The notes under the pieces are model-generated. The model was not told where the DNA came from, made no database searches, and saw only the letters and a list, made by a program, of their open reading frames with translations. Positions 28,001 through 37,900 of a DNA stretch of 64,000 nt are shown here, one piece after another. The stretch is taken from the IMG/VR virus record IMGVR_UViG_3300046820_002568, positions 32,001 to 96,000 of that record, one strand, 5' to 3'. Positions within the stretch are counted from its first letter, which is position 1. Each line of letters begins with the position of its first letter. The stretch is from a virus. Position numbers and translations under genes: made by a program.

Positions 28001-31000
28001 CCACTACCACTATTTGTTGCGTAAAATCCTATTGTGAACGGGTAACCACCATACTTAACATTTGAACATTGCATGATGATATTTGCCCCACCATATGCAA
28101 CAACTTTTGCGTGAGTGTAGTTTGTTCCAAATCTAACATTTTCAACATAAGAAATTGCCGAAGATTGTGGTGTTGTTGACGAAGAATATAATACCGCAGA
28201 AACTCCTGTATCGGTACATCCTTGTATTTGACAATCAAAAATTGCCGATTGGTCACTCAAATTAATTAATGTCTGAGATGAATCGTTGGCATTAATAACA
28301 GTTGATATGGAGCTTTCTCCAACAACTGAAACCCAAGAAGGTATTGTAAATGGGTCTTCATTATAAAGACCTCCAGCGACTTTAACTGTATAAGTATTTG
28401 CCGATGTTGCACCTGTAATACTGTTTACAGCGTCTTTTATTGTATTAAAGTCAACATTAGTTGTTGAGCTACCTGTTAAGGCAACTGTTACAGTATTATT
28501 TATAACTACTTGTGGTAGGTTATAATATGTTGTTGCACTCAATGTACCATCTATTCTTGTATTTCCACTAACATCTAAAGCGGCGATTGGTGTTATTGTA
28601 TTTATACCAACTCTTCCATTATTAAATTCACCATAAATTAATGTTGTAGTTGAGTTGTTTGCAATATATAATCTATTGTCTTGAGTTGTTAGTCCTTGAC
28701 CGGCTTGATATCCTAAAACAACATTATAACTTCCAGATGTGACATTACTACCGGCATCTTTACCAATAACAACATTTCCTTGTCCGGCTTGGTTTAAATG
28801 TAAAGTATTTCCACCTATTCCGATGTTATTTAATCCTGTTGTATTGGCAGATAAAGAATTGTACCCTATTGCAATATTATGACTTCCAGTACTTAAAGAA
28901 AGTGGACCACCATTACCAATTGCAATTTCATTCCCACTAGTTCCCCAACCACTCAAATTAGTATCGGTAATCCCTATACTATTACCTGTATAGATAAATT
29001 GTAGACCATTGTTTTCAATAGTTCCTCCAATCACATCATATGTTGTTGCAGATATTGTTGTTGCGGTTATAGTTGTTGTAGATATTGTTGTTGCGGATAT
29101 TGTTGTCGCAAATACTGATGTCCCTGAAAATACACCATCAGCCCTAATAAATGATGTTACAGTTCCTCCTGAATTAAGACCTTGTAATAAACTTGTAACA
29201 TTATCGGCATTACCTGTTCCATTCTTAATAGATAAACCATCTAATGTTGAGTTAATTATAATTTCAGGTTCTGTAGAATTATCGTACGCTTGTTGTAGAG
29301 TTGTTGTTGAGAGTCCGGCAGAACCTCCAATGGCTTCACCAAATTTTGATACATTTGTAAAAATTGCATCATTTATGTTTGTTAAATCGCTAGCGCCATC
29401 TTTAACCGTTAATAAACCAATTAAAATTCCATTTGAAAGATTATTTGGATATGCGACATATTGTTCACTTGGGAGGGCAGCAATTGCTTTTGCAAGTGTT
29501 GGGTAATATTCTTGTCCATATTGAATTCTAACAATCCCTGTTGGAAATAAATAAATTCTTTGGGTAGTGTAGCTACCATTCCCTGGTATATTTGTGACAA
29601 TCCCATTAACATCATAATTAGTGGTGTCAATTGTTGTTGTATTACTAAATGTTCCTCCTGTTTGAGTTCTATATTGGAATGTTGTTGGAGAAGTTCCTGA
29701 TAATACCACATTATTTGGTGATAATTGGTTACTTGACCAGTTAATACCATTTCCCCATAATATACCTGATGATGTATTAATATTTAAATTTGCCCCGTTT
29801 GGTGTTACAATAACACCTTCATTAATTAAATTAAATGATTCCCATAAATCACGAAGAGCGGACATCGGTGATACATCATAATCAACTGTATTGTTAACGT
29901 TTTGTATTGTTGTTCTGTTTGGGTGAACTACTTTACCTATAAAAATATTCTCTCTTCTTTGTTGCGGTGTTGGGTATGTCCCTTGTTGGAAAACGGTTCC
30001 TCCGCTATTAACTAATATATATGTTGAGTCTGAACTTGAAATTCCTGTTATTGGGTATGATGAAGTTCCAGAATATATAACATTTATAACATCAGGTAAT
30101 ATTGCATATTGATAAGTATTCTGAACAATCCATCCCTTCATGGGTGAAATAATAATACTTGTTCCTCCTGTATATGTTAATCCAGTAAAGTCATAAGTAC
30201 CAGTTGATATTACATTACCCTCTAATATATTTCTTTCAATGTCGGTTAATGTTAGGTTTGTATCCTCATTTCTAATACTAACATAAATTTCTCCTGTTGT
30301 AGTCCCTGTCGCTGTGACATAACCAATCTGGTGACTTCTTGAACTAAATTGTAAAGAAGTTGTTCCTGATACATATCCACCAGGGACTGTATCTGATAAA
30401 TAAAGAATTGTACCAATTGGGTAACTAACATTAACCCCCAATAAAATACCCTGATTAATTGCAAGTCCTATTGAACCATTAGGAATATCATTAGCGGCCA
30501 AACCAATAACTTGGTTATTTGTGTTACCCGAAGAAGTTAAAAGAGACGCATTTGGAATCCCGTTTGTTGCACTTTGAATAGCAATTGCCGAGCCTTTTGG
30601 TATTAATGAACCTGTAAAGTTGTTTACTCGAGCATATAATTGTTTACCAATTTTAATTTTAACATTTGGGTCAACAAATGAATAAAATGCAACATCGTTT
30701 GTTAAATTATCATAAAAAAATCTACCTCCAACATTTGATGGATTTGTACTACCTGTATTAAATTGTAAATAATTTCCAATAAATTGAGTCGTTGCCGATA
30801 CCGTATTTGCCGTTAATCCACTTTGGAATATTGTCGCACCTGTTACGGTTCCTCCACTTAATGGTAAGTAATCACCTGTCGTTCCTCCACTTGATGCTGG
30901 TAGATTCAAATAAGTTCCACCTGATACTGTATTAATAACAAATGTTCCACCACTTGTAAGTGTCGCCCAAGTCGTGTTGTTTGTTGTAAAATTTAAAGTA

Positions 31001-31035
31001 TTACCCGAACTATAATATATTCCGTTATTTGCCAT
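25078..31035 (-). CDS. Long tail fibre/spike with YadA-like head repeats and two pectin-lyase-like beta-helix regions
   Basis: 1985 aa; NIAIGYNSL/NVVIG repeats; DFNTIKDAV...VAGGLYNE and DFTSIKSAV...VGPGEFTE beta-helix cap motifs; HGNLLGLTSDDHLQYL; GVTQIVAGTNITIS fibre repeats. Confidence 0.75.
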   Translation of the reverse strand: MANNGIYYSSGNTLNFTTNNTTWATLTSGGTFVINTVSGGTYLNLPASSGGTTGDYLPLSGGTVTGATIFQSGLTANTVSATTQFIGNYLQFNTGSTNPSNVGGRFFYDNLTNDVAFYSFVDPNVKIKIGKQLYARVNNFTGSLIPKGSAIAIQSATNGIPNASLLTSSGNTNNQVIGLAANDIPNGSIGLAINQGILLGVNVSYPIGTILYLSDTVPGGYVSGTTSLQFSSRSHQIGYVTATGTTTGEIYVSIRNEDTNLTLTDIERNILEGNVISTGTYDFTGLTYTGGTSIIISPMKGWIVQNTYQYAILPDVINVIYSGTSSYPITGISSSDSTYILVNSGGTVFQQGTYPTPQQRRENIFIGKVVHPNRTTIQNVNNTVDYDVSPMSALRDLWESFNLINEGVIVTPNGANLNINTSSGILWGNGINWSSNQLSPNNVVLSGTSPTTFQYRTQTGGTFSNTTTIDTTNYDVNGIVTNIPGNGSYTTQRIYLFPTGIVRIQYGQEYYPTLAKAIAALPSEQYVAYPNNLSNGILIGLLTVKDGASDLTNINDAIFTNVSKFGEAIGGSAGLSTTTLQQAYDNSTEPEIIINSTLDGLSIKNGTGNADNVTSLLQGLNSGGTVTSFIRADGVFSGTSVFATTISATTISTTTITATTISATTYDVIGGTIENNGLQFIYTGNSIGITDTNLSGWGTSGNEIAIGNGGPLSLSTGSHNIAIGYNSLSANTTGLNNIGIGGNTLHLNQAGQGNVVIGKDAGSNVTSGSYNVVLGYQAGQGLTTQDNRLYIANNSTTTLIYGEFNNGRVGINTITPIAALDVSGNTRIDGTLSATTYYNLPQVVINNTVTVALTGSSTTNVDFNTIKDAVNSITGATSANTYTVKVAGGLYNEDPFTIPSWVSVVGESSISTVINANDSSQTLINLSDQSAIFDCQIQGCTDTGVSAVLYSSSTTPQSSAISYVENVRFGTNYTHAKVVAYGGANIIMQCSNVKYGGYPFTIGFYATNSGSGIGRMQLRNVTSTNGGIVTTTGLIFAKADAASCGFIVNGCLLTKAVGAAAGTGFYVENGGFLRLTAVNFQRWAVGIDAPQIGSAPSIDAIALNFENNTIDVNIAHSGATGKIQGTDNFLKTIINQDSPLYEVNQDPKEITVSKKGGDFTSIKSAVDYLKLSGNTSSSNRYIISVGPGEFTEGEIDLTTTPYVSIVGSNIQTTLIKPSGNTQHIISIGVNNEVSFLTLSGAPSGYAGIYCYDIGDYAQAHKVAFYDCDTNIWVEVDNQDTKFFGEYLDFNGEYTYGTKVVANNGYLAIANMENYYNFPTGTGVTYCNYATGSGATISVFLGDNVSNGVSGTTAYYIQDNAELNASTITCDGFTYGIINPNVGGSVRFDVDNASFVNGEWDLYIESVNTFGTLAGSSNHQKLFTLSSDVYWSILDINDGEFDITRKASVTFADGTHTDFTTLIFEGGSMGVISGGTLSDGGGTTVSVAAGFGYLEKSINDGTVKRIDWSTSTLSLSVNSDLYIYYNENEILSSSGTRPDSSYNILLGRVVTDASSILIIDQSPFNASHTSNRYGSLFREALGPIYAFGSITTEGSTLFTLDVTQGEYYYATNEFTPSGGTGITFTQYYRNGTGSTWITSATTLVNNTQYDNNGTLTGLTSSAYTKHTLYVVGDGVDEQFMLVLGQDEYTTLVEAENALLPTPPSYFIDSVAQVASIYIRQGDSNIIQIEDIRPTVGFRAGGVNASSVHGNLLGLTSDDHLQYLLVDGGRAMSGNLDMGGNNITSAGTINSVTIQTHADRHKFGGADAVGTTTPTANAIPYADVSGKLDSWITPVTISGGTGITTGGTYPNFTITNSAPDQTVTISGGTGITTGGTYPNFTIANSDGGSSQNIFKNIQIDNNTQFSAESNTANLNFSGINITITSAATNTLVFSAGTGGGGGVTQIVAGTNITISPTGGTGSVTINSTGGGSSLGTVYTTANNFNFL
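25386..25539. repeat. 70-bp direct repeat, 84-bp period (28 aa)
   Basis: 25386-25455 vs 25470-25539, one mismatch; encodes VTISGGTGITTGGTYPNFTI twice. Confidence 0.95.
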
Positions 31036-31038
31036 TTC

Positions 31039-31671
31039 TTAAATTATTTGAACCCATCCACTTGTTTTATAAATATACAAACCTTCATTATCGTCAGTTA
31101 CAAAAAGAATAAGTCCAATAGGCGGAGTTGATATTGCGTCCCTTTGTACCTTTGTCATTCTTGGAAATAAAACACCTTGAGTTGTTGATGCAATTTCTAT
31201 AATTGCTGCGGCATTTGGATTTGATGTTCCAATACCAATTTGACCTGAAGAATAAAATGTATTTGCGGTTAACCCACTTTGGAATATTGTTACTCCTGTT
31301 ACAGTTCCCCCACTTAATGGAAGGTAGTCTCCTGAAGTACCAGTCGATGCGGTTAATACTATGGTAACCGCTCCTGTTGTTGAATTTGCAGATAATCCAT
31401 CACCAACTGTAATACTTGTAACCCCTGAAGATGGAGTTGCTCCTGATACAGGACCCCAATAAGCATAACCCGTTCCATCAGTTAAAAGAGCATAACCATT
31501 TTGTTCAGTTCCATTTGAATATGTAAAACCACTATTAACCGTAAGTCCTGATTGAAAAATAGGATTGACAGGAATTGAACCACCAATTCTATATACTACA
31601 CCAGTAGATAAATCGGATTGTAATACATAATTGTAACTATCCTTTATTAACTGGTTTGAAATATCTGACAT
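31039..31671 (-). CDS. Short tail-fibre-like protein
   Basis: GYALLTDGTGYAYW, GVTSITVG, YLPLSGGTVTG and IGIGTSNP...STTQGVLFPRMT...RDAI fibre motifs. Confidence 0.7.
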   Translation of the reverse strand: MSDISNQLIKDSYNYVLQSDLSTGVVYRIGGSIPVNPIFQSGLTVNSGFTYSNGTEQNGYALLTDGTGYAYWGPVSGATPSSGVTSITVGDGLSANSTTGAVTIVLTASTGTSGDYLPLSGGTVTGVTIFQSGLTANTFYSSGQIGIGTSNPNAAAIIEIASTTQGVLFPRMTKVQRDAISTPPIGLILFVTDDNEGLYIYKTSGWVQII

Positions 31672-31830
31672 TTTGAACTACCCACGAACTAAAGATTCGT
31701 GGGATTCTGAATTATAAATATTCAGAATTTTAGAAGTTTCATCGATTGTGCCGGCTAAAGCTGGTCTTATTTTATCTCCACTTCTGTAATCGTCAGTTCC
31801 TGACGATATAAGTTTATACCCTTCTTTAAG
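31655..31830 (-). ncRNA. Predicted TnpB omega/reRNA (scaffold overlapping the tnpB 3' end plus flanking guide); boundaries approximate
   Basis: Inferred from established IS200/IS605 biology. The right-end hairpin is visible, and the tnpB C-terminal tail after DLNASKNI is non-catalytic and more GC-rich. Confidence 0.45.
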
Positions 31831-33027
31831 GATGTTTTTACTAGCGTTTAAATCTCTATCTAGTTTTGTATTACAAGATGGACAAGACCATTCACGAATA
31901 CTTAAATCAAGATTTTGATTAATATAACCACAGCAATTGCAAGTTTTACTGGAAGGAAAAAATCTATCAATTTTAACAATTTTTTTGTCATTCCATTCCG
32001 CTTTGTAGGTTAAAAGCTCTATGAACTTTGACCAACTAGCATCTGCAATATGTTTTGAAAGTTTATAATTTTTAATCATTCCTTTTATGTTTAAATCTTC
32101 CAGTATGATTGTATCATATTTTTTGATTAATTCTGTGGATACTTTATGTAAATTATCTAAACGAGAATTGGTTATCTTCTTGTGAATTTTTGCAACTTTT
32201 AATTTTTGTTTTTCATATCTGTTAGAACCTTTTTTCTTTCTACTTAAATGTTGTTGAGCCTTTTTAAGTAAGGTTTGATATGTTTTTGTGTATCTATTAT
32301 TTTTGTATTTATATCCTTCGGATGTAATTACAAAATCTTTCAATCCTAAATCAATACCGATACTTTTACCAGTTTTTTCAAATTTTTTATGTTCAGTTTC
32401 AACTAAAATACTCACAAAATATTCATTTGTTGTCGTTTTTGATATTGTGCATTGTTTAATTATTCCTGAAAAATTTCTACTTAAAATTAAATCAATTGGT
32501 TCTTTAAATTTAGGTATTTTTAATTTCCCATTTTCTAATTTAACAAACTGAGGAACACAAAATGAATTTCTATTATGTTTTGATTTAAATTTAGGGAATC
32601 CTTTTTTAAATCTAAAAAAATTTTTATATGCGGTTTCTAGATTTTTTAAACTATCTTGTAATGATTGTGAATTAATTTCATTTAACCAAGAATATTCTTC
32701 TTGTTTTTTTAGTTCAGTTAAAGACCTTGCATTATCATAATAGTTAATAGTATTTTTGTTAGTTTCATATTCTTTTTTTCTTTCGTTAAGAAAATAATTA
32801 TAAGCAAATCTAATGGAACCAAAATGTTTATTTAATAAAACAATTTGTTCTTCAGATGGTTTAAGTTTATATTTGTATGATTTTAACATTTAACAGATTA
32901 TCACTATATATGATAAATATCTCTAAATATTAAAAAGCGATTGTTTTTTTTAAAAAATATTATTATCATTAATTAATCACCTTTCATCCCAACCACTAAA
33001 GATTTGTGGGTTTTTCGGTGGAATTTT
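31674..33027 (-). mobile_element. Non-autonomous IS200/IS605-family (IS1341-like) element carrying tnpB only
   Basis: Related 23-nt subterminal hairpins at 31681-31703 (CCCACGAA/TTCGTGGG) and 32988-33010, 19/23 identical. The right end reads ...GGTAGTTCA and the left flank ends in TTTAT; no tnpA and no target duplication. Exact ends are uncertain by a few nt. Confidence 0.8.
31678..32889 (-). CDS. tnpB: RNA-guided endonuclease TnpB
   Basis: N-terminal HTH (YKYKLKP...FGSIRFAYN), FPKFKSK, RuvC motifs GIDLG, ILEDL and DRDLNAS, Zn finger CNCC/CPSC. Confidence 0.95.
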   Translation of the reverse strand: MLKSYKYKLKPSEEQIVLLNKHFGSIRFAYNYFLNERKKEYETNKNTINYYDNARSLTELKKQEEYSWLNEINSQSLQDSLKNLETAYKNFFRFKKGFPKFKSKHNRNSFCVPQFVKLENGKLKIPKFKEPIDLILSRNFSGIIKQCTISKTTTNEYFVSILVETEHKKFEKTGKSIGIDLGLKDFVITSEGYKYKNNRYTKTYQTLLKKAQQHLSRKKKGSNRYEKQKLKVAKIHKKITNSRLDNLHKVSTELIKKYDTIILEDLNIKGMIKNYKLSKHIADASWSKFIELLTYKAEWNDKKIVKIDRFFPSSKTCNCCGYINQNLDLSIREWSCPSCNTKLDRDLNASKNILKEGYKLISSGTDDYRSGDKIRPALAGTIDETSKILNIYNSESHESLVRG

Positions 33028-33034
33028 ATAAATA
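33028..33034 (-). promoter_or_regulatory. TATTTAT motif at the IS left junction
   Basis: CTTACTATTTAT directly abuts the element; a second copy lies inside the element at 32913-32919. Confidence 0.55.
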
Positions 33035-33044
33035 GTAAGAAGTA

Positions 33045-33929
33045 TCATATCATCTGAACCCATCCCGCAGCTTTATAAACATATACTCCATCGCTTCCGT
33101 CAGTTTGATAAACCATATATCCGATAGTTGGGGTAAGTCCTGTCCTTGTTGCTTCTGTTACTTGAGTAAGCCCATTAAATACCGAGCTTGATGTTATACC
33201 AGTTACAGAAACTGTACCTCCTGTTGAGTTAAATAAATCAAGTGTAGATGTTCCTGATGTGTAAGTTCCCGCAGATATATAAAGGCCTGTGACATTACCG
33301 ATTGATATTGTTGAACCAGTTGATTCTAAATCTAAAGTTAATGTGTTCGGATAATAAGTTCCTCCAGTAATTCCTGAACCTCCCCCACCTCCGCCTGTTG
33401 TTAGTTTTTTCCAAACCGCAGTTGAGCTTGTCGCCCCACTTATTCCTTCAACAGTATTTCCAGTCCAAGATGAAATAAAACTTATGTTCTCTGACGAATC
33501 GGCTCTTACAATTGTTCCAAATTGATTTGTTACAACAGTTCCAGTTGATGCTGTTGCCGCTGACCATAAACTATCATAATTACTAATATTAAATTGATAT
33601 ATTTGGTCGGTCTCATATACATAAACAAGCATTCCAAGTCGTCTTCTACCTGATGAAATTAAATCAGAATTAAGGACCAATGTGTCAACTGAGTAAGATG
33701 TTCCACTACCTTTAAAAAAATTAATTGGAATAGTATTTCCACTGTATTCTATAGTACCATAAGTTCCTGAAGGAACAGTATAATATAAGTCAGATACATT
33801 ATAGACCTCCATAAAACCACCAACACCATATATACTAAAATGAGTTCCATATAATGAAGTATTAGATACTGAGGGAGTTCCTACAGTTTGGACTGGACTT
33901 ATTGGATTTTTATATGGAAGTTGTGACAT
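33045..33929 (-). CDS. Tail-fibre-like structural protein
   Basis: RRRLGMLVYV motif, ITGGTY...TLDL repeats; C-terminal GYMVYQTDGSDGVYVYKAAGWVQMI similar to the end of 31039..31671. Confidence 0.65.
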   Translation of the reverse strand: MSQLPYKNPISPVQTVGTPSVSNTSLYGTHFSIYGVGGFMEVYNVSDLYYTVPSGTYGTIEYSGNTIPINFFKGSGTSYSVDTLVLNSDLISSGRRRLGMLVYVYETDQIYQFNISNYDSLWSAATASTGTVVTNQFGTIVRADSSENISFISSWTGNTVEGISGATSSTAVWKKLTTGGGGGGSGITGGTYYPNTLTLDLESTGSTISIGNVTGLYISAGTYTSGTSTLDLFNSTGGTVSVTGITSSSVFNGLTQVTEATRTGLTPTIGYMVYQTDGSDGVYVYKAAGWVQMI

Positions 33930-33932
33930 AAT

Positions 33933-34901
33933 TTATAACCCTACCCATATACCCTTAAAGGTTATGGGATATTGTGTATTATCTAAAAGAAACTCGGTTG
34001 ATGGGAATGTTGTGTAAACTCTGTAAGTTGTTCTGTTGAAGTTGTACCCAGAATATGTAAAAGTATTAGAATAAATAACTGAATCAGGATAAACATTTGT
34101 AAATGAATGGGAATCTCCCTCACTTACACCTATTTGTTTTTGAATATATCCTTGTGTTTGAGCAGTAGGTATCATTATAGTGTACCAAGCCTTATCACCT
34201 AGTGAGTTTTGTGTAATTGGTCCTGTAGTATAAAAATTATTTAATGTTCTTGGATTTCCAGCACTATCAAAACCTGATGATGATGGTGAAATACCCGCAC
34301 CAATCCAATACATTTCACTATTAGACCAACCACTAAAATTTAAATAATGATTCATCTCAATATTAAATGTTGTCGAACTGGTTGAAGGTGAGGTCCCATT
34401 AGTAAACCCTTTGAAGTTACTTCCAACACTATCCATATATTGTCCTATTTGAGTTGCCGCGGAAAAAGGCTCAACAATAATTAAAGCAACTTGTTGTGGT
34501 TGAGGAGTAGTGGAAGGAGTAATTGAAGGTGTTGGAGTAATTGTTGAAGTAATACTTGGTGTTGGTGTTGGGGTAGGTGCTTGATAACTTGGGGTTACAC
34601 TTGGAGTTACGGTATTTGAAGGTGTAATTGATGGGGTTATACTTGGTGTTGGAGTTTGGGTATTTGTTGGTGTTGGGGTTATACAGCTAAAGGTCTGGTC
34701 TTCTTGACATCCTAAAGCATCAATAATCCTTACAATTACTGTAGGACTATATGTTAATCCTGATGGTAAATCAAGGGTTAGAGGTGGCGGAACTGTAGTT
34801 GAGCCTGAGTAAACCTGTTCACAGTTTAATCCAAATCCATCACATATATAAATTACATAAGGTGACTGACCACTAATGGTATTTATAGTAACTTGACTCA
34901 T
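33933..34901 (-). CDS. Cys module + PT linker + C-terminal domain (putative virion protein)
   Basis: INTISGQSPYVIYICD...C...RIIDALGC, then a TPTP run. Confidence 0.7.
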   Translation of the reverse strand: MSQVTINTISGQSPYVIYICDGFGLNCEQVYSGSTTVPPPLTLDLPSGLTYSPTVIVRIIDALGCQEDQTFSCITPTPTNTQTPTPSITPSITPSNTVTPSVTPSYQAPTPTPTPSITSTITPTPSITPSTTPQPQQVALIIVEPFSAATQIGQYMDSVGSNFKGFTNGTSPSTSSTTFNIEMNHYLNFSGWSNSEMYWIGAGISPSSSGFDSAGNPRTLNNFYTTGPITQNSLGDKAWYTIMIPTAQTQGYIQKQIGVSEGDSHSFTNVYPDSVIYSNTFTYSGYNFNRTTYRVYTTFPSTEFLLDNTQYPITFKGIWVGL

Positions 34902-34936
34902 CTATACTATTAAATACTTTGAATCTCTATATCTGA

Positions 34937-37900
34937 TTAGCACGCACCTATCAAAGATGAGTTAAATTGAGTACCCGCAGATGAATTTGGATTATACCAA
35001 CTATAACTTAAACTATTTGGAGTTAATTGTACTCCGTTGTATAATCTATCATAATATGTTGTTGAGTTACCGAGTACATCAGACCAATACCAATAAACTC
35101 CTCCATCTGACCAAACAACACCATTTGTTAAATTATAATAACTTCTTCCACTGAATACCCCGTCAGGAGTTTTACTTTCGGTATAATTAACAGACGAATA
35201 GTCATAATCAAAACATAGTGTAACTGCGGAAATAGTAGGTGTGACTGTCGGTGTTGGTGTTTTAGTTGTAGTAACACTAGGGGTAGGAGTATTTGTCGGA
35301 GTTACTGAAGGAGTAATTAATCCAACACATCCATTTGGGTCTGAAGATGTTATAGTTCCTGTTCCTCCAGAAACAAGATACCAAGCATATCCGTCAGAAT
35401 AATATCCGTCAGGTGCAGGAGAACTTGGTGTTGCACTAGCGTCCAAGTAAATTTTCTCGCCAACATTAGGAGTCGAACCTCCAGATACTGGAGCATATAG
35501 TGTTTGAGGTGAGGCCCAATAATCATCACATGCAAGAGTCTGAGTTGCCCCAGTTCCTAAAATATAACTGAAGTAAGAAATAGTTGGAGTAACGGTAGTA
35601 GTAGGAGTCACAGTATTAGTTGGTGTAACTGTTCTAGTTGGTGTAACTGTAGGTGTTGCTGATTTTGTGGGGGTTATTGTTTGGGTGACTGTAGGCGTAA
35701 CTGTGGCGGTTGTAGAAGGTGTTGGGGTTATTGTAGGCGTAGGAGTATTTGTTGGGGTTGGACATATTCCAAATGAGCCAACAACATTTCCACCAGTGTC
35801 TAATTCACATACCACGCCATTTAATGAATAATATCCCGACATTACAATAGTAACCGCACCGTAATTATTATTATAGAACTCGGTGTTAGTATCAAATATT
35901 GATTCGGTACCATAAATAATCGTTGTTCCTGTTCCAAAACACGCATCATTTTCAGTTAATCCAGAAGTTACCGCAAATGAATATCTTGCAATTGTCGGGG
36001 TTATTGTTGGTGTAATACTAGGCGTTATCGTTGGTGTAATGCTAGGTGTTATGGTTGGTGAAGGTGTAATACAAATAATATTATTTACAGATGTACAATT
36101 AATTTTAAAATCTATAATAATTGTAAAACTAATAGTCTCATCTCTATATCCTCCAGACCCTGACGAAACAATACTAATGGCATTAGTGTCGGCATCAACA
36201 ATACAACTAACAATGTCCGGTATAGTTAAAACCGCACTTTCAATTATGGTCGCAAAATATCCTAAGTCAGGGATGTCATTAAAAGATTGGGTAAAGTAAA
36301 ACGGGAATTGATAGTCGGTTCCGGCAATATTAATTTTAAATGAAAAAGTCGCACTACTTAAAGAACAATTTGTCGCATTTGCAACTAGTGATGTATATCC
36401 CGAGTACATCATATTCTTCAATGTAAACTTAGTCGACTGTATATTATTAACAGTTCCATCTTTAAATTTAACAGTGTAATTTGAGGCACTTAAAGGATTA
36501 CAAGAAACAGTTGTAGATGTTGATTGTACACACCCTTCATTGTTAGATATTGTGAGTGTATAGGTACCAGCCGTTAATCCTGTCACAAAAATTCCTGTTT
36601 GTCCATTAACATTTTCACTCCATGTAAAATTAAAAGGACCATCAGCATCTTTTATTAAAGCGGTAATAGTTCCAGAACTACCATCATTACAACTTGTTGG
36701 ATAAAGAAGTACCGAGACTAATTCAGAAGGTTGTATATAAATACTTTCCGTTCTAATACACCCAAATTGGTCTGTAACTGATAGTGTGTAAAATCCTGAT
36801 GATAATGATGAAAAAGTATAACTAGTTGTAGTTGTTTGGGTGGAAGTTAACCCGTTGGATAAAGAATATGTGAATTGTAGGTCATCTCTAGATGGGTTTG
36901 ATGTAACCACGCTAATTGTCCCGTCATTTCCTCCGCAATTTGTTGAAGTTGCCGAAGTAGTGATATCAAAATTATATAAATTCTCAATTACAACACTCTC
37001 ATTGTAGGTACACGCACTCTTACTATCTCTAATAGAAAGATAATAATTACCAGGACTTAAAGAACCAAAACTAGTAGACTTTATAAGTGAATTTTGATTA
37101 ATTGTTACACTATTATCACCAGATAAACTATAGAAGTATGGAGGAGTTCCTCCCTCCAAATTTACACTTATACTACCTAATAAGTTACAATTAGCATTAG
37201 TTTTATATGTGTTTAAAACAGTAAAAGTATTAGGTGAAAGTAAAGTCGCCTTAGCCGTTGTAGTACAAATTGCCGAATCAGTAACATTTAAAGTATAGTT
37301 CCCTGAACTCAATCCAGTAAAAGTAACTTGATTAGATAATATTATTTGATAATCACCATTACTTAAAAGATAATAATATGGTGCCGCACCACCTGAAAAA
37401 CTAAAAGTTAATGACCCATCACCATTAAAACATGAAGGACTTTGAGCCACATAATTTATTAATCCTAATTGCGGCGATGGATTAACAACGGTATTAACTG
37501 TCTTTTGACAACCTGAGGCATCTGTTATAGTAACACCATAACTTCCAGAGGTTAATCCTGTGACACTTAAAGTTGTTGAGCTCGTTGTTACATTATATGA
37601 GGATGGAATATTTTTAGTCCACTGATAGGTATACGGTGGTACTCCTGTCATTCCTGTTACATATATCTGTCCTCTTCCAACTTGACAAAATGGACTATCA
37701 ACGGTATATAAACCAAAATCAAAAGTTAAACTATCCCTAACTAAAACTACCTCACTTGTTCCAATACATCCACCTGAATCTTCTAATGTTGCATAATAAA
37801 AATTAGGAAATAAACTAGAAAATGCAAAAGTAGAATTTGTAGTAGTTGCACTTTTTACAAAATTATTGTTAATATCATATAATCTAAATTTACTACTTGA

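Noticed and set aside
31678-32889. Cas12f/CRISPR effector or nuclease-dead TnpB regulator
   Set aside because: No CRISPR array nearby, IS-type hairpin ends are present, and all three RuvC acidic residues are intact.
32890-33044. tRNA or other stand-alone RNA gene in the largest intergenic gap
   Set aside because: No cloverleaf or T-loop consensus; the structure is explained by the IS left end.
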